Source: Chiloscyllium plagiosum
Taxonomy: Eukaryota
DNA length: 39,755 nt
Direction: 5' to 3'
Assembly: GCF_004010195.1 (NCBI RefSeq)
Contig: NC_057717.1
Coordinates: forward strand, 105,231,927 to 105,271,681
The position numbers and the translations under genes are program-made. Below, one piece after another: positions 36,240 to 39,755 of this stretch; position 1 is the stretch's first letter; the number at the start of each line of letters is the position of its first letter. The notes beneath the pieces are model-generated. The model did not search any database and was not told the DNA's origin. It saw only the letters and a list, made by a program, of their open reading frames with translations.

Positions 36240-37087
36240 TTATCCATACAGTTTAAGTCCCGCAGTCTTTTTAAGATAGTCCAAGAATTCTTTAGCTTTT
36301 TCCGGTGATCCAAAGTTATATATGGATCCTTCATGGCTGAAGCACAGCATTGCTGGGTAACGCATGGAATATTGAATATTTAGGTCTCTTAGATGCTTCT
36401 TCACCTCATCAAATGCCCTCCTCTTGCAGACCACGGCTGGAGAGAAATCCTAAAATAACATTATCCTGGAACCTTTCTGCATCATGGCCTGGGGATCCTT
36501 CCCAGGGCTCTGGAGGCCTCCAGGAACATTTGTTTTTCTCTATAACATTGGAGTCGGAATAGAACCGGGCGGGGACGCTGGTCCGACCTGGGCCTGCGTA
36601 CAGCAACTCGGTGGGCCCACTCCACCCGCACCTGGCCTGGTCCCGACTCCAACTTTAATATTTGTGGAAGCCATAGCTCCAGAAAGTTTACAAGCTGGCC
36701 TTCCTTTTCCTGTCTGGGAAGGCCCAGCAACCGAATATTTTTTCGACAGCCCCAATTGTCGAGGTCGTCGATGTACTCCTCCAAGGTCCAGATTTGCTGC
36801 TCGAGAGCCCGGACCCGACCCACGGATGACTCGGCAGCAGTCTCTGAGGCGGCGGCCCATTGCTCTGCCCCACCCCTACCCACAGCATGACCGAGAACGT
36901 CTCCAACCTGGACCTGGACTCTTCAATAAAGGCATCGATCTTCTCTTGAAGTTTGTTGATCCCAGAGATCAGGCTTGCCTCTGCAGGTAAGTCCCCCGAA
37001 GCAGCCGCGGACGTATCTACTGCTACGGGAGGGGGTGGGGGTGGTCCCTGCCTGTTGCGAACTGCAGGAATTTTTGCCCTTAGTCAT
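36240..37087 (-). pseudogene. L1 ORF1 (coiled coil, RRM, CTD), frameshifted
   Basis: ATG at 37087; IDDLDNWGCRKNIRLLGLP, VEWAHRV..RPRPVL, KRRAFDEVKKHL..IQYSMRYPAML. Confidence 0.85.
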
Positions 37088-37254
37088 TTTAAAAACAACA
37101 CCAAACTGTCCAAGTTTGATGTAAAATGACTATGCTGGGCAAAAGCTATCTTAAATGATTTAAAGGGTGTGGTGAAGATGGGTTCCCATTTTGACCAAGT
37201 CTTAGGCAGAGCACTACAGACTCAGACTTGCTGGGTTGCTGCCATCTTGAATCT

Positions 37255-37680
37255 GCAACTTTTTTTTACACACAGTGATTCGCATGTGGAATGAACTGCC
37301 AGACAAAGTGGTGGGTGCAGGTACAGTTATAACATTTAAAAGACATTTGGATAAGTTCATGAATAGGCAAGGTTTGGAGTGATATGGGCCAAGCAAAGAC
37401 AGATGGGACTAACTTAGTTTGGGCACATGGTCGGCTTGGACTGAAGGATTTGTTTCCATGCTGTATGAATCTTTGACTCTGAAAGGTTGGGCTGATTCTC
37501 AGTAGAGTTTAAAAGAATGACAGGCAACCTTATTGAAACTTTTAAAATTCTTAGGGGGCTTGACAGAATAGCTGCTGAGAAGTTGTTTCCCCTTGCCTGA
37601 GAGTCTAGAACCAGCAAGCATATCTCAGAGTAAGGGATCATCTATTTAAGACAGATGAGGAGGATTTTTTTCAAAGTGTC
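37255..37680 (+). mobile_element. CR1 3'-end fragments (continuation of the L1 target plus an adjacent copy)
   Basis: TVIRMWNELPDKVVGAGTVITFKRHLDK, then RRMTGNLIETFKILRGLDRI. Confidence 0.75.
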
Positions 37681-37808
37681 TACTGACAGCAACAATTTAA
37701 TAAACTTTGACTGTGCATGCTCACCTCTGTTTTTCCCCAGCCTGTACACATGCATATGCAATATAAAATTAATTTTAAAATATTTACATAAAAATCTACT
37801 TTGTTTAA

Positions 37809-38310
37809 CAGTCATAGAGATGTACAGCATGGAAACAGATCCTTCGGTTCAACTTGTCCATGTCAACCAGATATCCTAATCTAGTCCCATTTGCCAGCAT
37901 TTTGGCCATATCCCTCCAAACCCTTCCTATTCCTATACCCATCCAGATGCCTTTTAAATGTTGTAATTGTACCAGCCTCCACCACTTCCACTGGCAGCTC
38001 ATTCCATATTTGCACAACCCTTTGCATGAAGAAGTTTCCCTTTTTGGTACTTTTAAAACTTTTCCCCTCTCACCTTAAACCTATGCCCTCTAGCTCTGGA
38101 CTCCCCACCCCAGGGAAAAGACCATGTCTATTCACCCTATCCTTGCCCCTTATGATTTTATAAACCTCTAAAGTCACCCCTCAGTCTCCAATGCTCCAGG
38201 GAAAATAGCCTCAACATGTTCAGCCTCTCGCTATAGTTCAAACCCTCCAACCCTGGCAACATCATTGTAAATCTTTTCTGAACCCTTTCAAGTTTCACTA
38301 TATCCTTCCA
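37809..38310 (-). mobile_element. CR1 (HER1-like) 3' fragment
   Basis: Antisense homologue of 18815-19270; tail gtcatagag. Confidence 0.85.
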
Positions 38311-38469
38311 ATATATTTTTCATATTTTATTTACAATTTAAGCTTTTTTTTAGATTTTTAACCCTATTTCAATTTGATTCAGTGATTTTTCTCCTACCAC
38401 ACGTGCTCCAAGGCATCAGTGAAAACAGTCTTTTTCTACCATTCAGAGTACTGAATTAATGGAAATTTT

Positions 38470-38628
38470 TACCCCAAAGGGCTATCAAGGCTGGGTCATT
38501 GAGTGTGTTCAAGGCTGAGATAGACAGATTTTCAAATAAGTAAATGAATCAAAGGTTATGGTGATAAAGCCAGAAAGTGCAGTTGAAGATGACTAGATCA
38601 GCCGTGATCTCATTAAGATGGCGGGTAC
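38470..38628 (+). mobile_element. CR1 extreme 3' fragment
   Basis: PQRAIKAGSLSVFKAEIDRF...gatcagccgtgatctcattaagatggcgg. Confidence 0.6.
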
Positions 38629-39292
38629 AAGAACAACGGGTACCAGTCTGCTGATTCTTAAACAACAAAGCCAAACAAGATGCCACAACACGCCCAGAGG
38701 CTCTAGCCACACTACCAAACATCAAAGACATCTCAGAGATGATAACTAGACTACTCTGACCCCTGGGCATCATGGTAGCCTATACACCTACCAACACATT
38801 GTAACAGCTACTGATGAACCTAAAGGAACCTGTACCAACAGCCAGCAAAATGAATGTCATATGCAAAATACCCTGCAAGGACTACAACAAACACTATATC
38901 GGACAGACAGGCAGAAAACTAGCCACCAGGATTCATGAACACCAACTAGCCACCAAAAGACATGACCAACTATTTACTAGTATCCTTACACACAGACGAA
39001 GGACACCACTTTGACTGGGACAACACATCCATCCTAGGACAGGTTAAACAAAGATATGCACAGGAATTCCTAGAGGCCTGGCATTCAAACCAGAACTCCA
39101 TTAATAAACACAATAATTTGGACCCCAGTTACTAACCTGAGAGAAAGAACCCACCATAACAGAAAAAACACATAACAAAGCGAGACAGAACACCAGCGCT
39201 TCAACGGAGGCTCACTGATGATGTCACCTAGCCTGGTGATGAAATGTCTGAGAACAAACCTACCATCTCAGTGAGCAAACGTACAATCCATG
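38629..39292 (+). mobile_element. Penelope-like element 3' portion (GIY-YIG plus terminal repeat)
   Basis: NVICKIPCKDYNKHYIGQTGRKLATRIHEHQLA (38814-39014), HFDWDNTSIL, FLEAWHS. Confidence 0.88.
39210..39252 (+). ncRNA. Minimal hammerhead ribozyme motif in PLE terminus
   Basis: cuca-CUGAUGA-u-GUCACC-uagccu-GGUGAU-GAAA-u-GUC-ugag; stem I cuca/ugag, 6-bp stem II. Confidence 0.72.
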
Positions 39293-39365
39293 GAAGGTTT
39301 GAATTAGAAAGGACTTTCTTCATTGGACCATAGGAGTTTGAGAGGTGACCTGATAGAAGTTTATT

Positions 39366-39755
39366 TCGCATCAGAGAGCGGTGGAAGCTGGGCGGAAGTG
39401 AAGGCAGAGCGCAAAGCTGGTCGGGAAGGTAAGTGATTGTTATTTGAGTGGGTGTGTTCTAGACCCCAAGTCCTACAAAGTAGGGCCTCCTCTAACCTGA
39501 ATTAAAAGTCCACAGACTTACCCCAAAAAGAGGGTCCAAGGAAGTTCCTGTGGATTGAAGAGTGAGGCTTTAGCTCAGGAGTCTTTGACAAGGAGGTTGA
39601 GTGAAGTGATTACGCCACAGTTGAAGAGGGTGAAGACAAGACTGCCAAGCTGGTTCAGTGTGCTTCGTGCTTGATGTGGGAGGTCAACGACTCTTGTGTG
39701 TCTGGCTCGTATAAGTGTGGAAAGTGTGTGCACGTTCAGCTACTGACAGAGCATA
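39366..39755 (+). mobile_element. CR1 5' UTR and start of ORF1 (zinc finger), running off the window edge
   Basis: From 39638: (K)TAKLVQCASCLMWEV...YKCGKCVHVQLLTEH, a CxxC...CxxC motif; the start codon appears mutated to AAG; ETS-like cggaagtg upstream. Confidence 0.75.

Larger units (their letters stand above)
32042..37254 (-). mobile_element. L1-clade LINE, near full length (~5.2 kb), inactive
   Basis: 5' end caagatggc (YY1-like), ORF1, inter-ORF spacer, ORF2 and 3' UTR; TSD gcaactt(g/t)ttt at 32031-32041 and 37255-37265 within a CR1 3' end. Confidence 0.92.

Overview
Repeat-dense eukaryotic DNA from a vertebrate, most likely a cartilaginous fish (shark) judging by its CR1/HER1-type LINEs, HE1- and Deu-type SINEs and Penelope families. 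Most ORFs in the track are decayed retroelement fragments. These include several CR1 families, a near full-length ~5.2 kb L1 with a target-site duplication (TSD), RTE and Gypsy pol remnants, a solo LTR, a scrambled endogenous retrovirus block (IN-env-IN plus an oppositely oriented LTR), and Penelope-like elements (PLEs). Many of these insertions are nested and bounded by readable TSDs. The one convincing host feature is a minus-strand 345-nt spliced exon (25307-25651) ending in ...HKMHSTPQAKRKEWE. I recall this motif as an upstream N-terminal extension exon of Cav2 (CACNA1A/B/E) calcium channels, which would make much of the window intronic. The most notable non-coding signals are minimal hammerhead ribozyme motifs at PLE termini (four with intact cores, one U3-A8 variant, two decayed), a perfect 82-bp-arm hairpin mini-PLE with a 16-bp TSD, and a LINE that starts with a tRNA-like Pol III head. 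Family assignments are from motif recognition, not database searches, and boundaries without TSDs are approximate.
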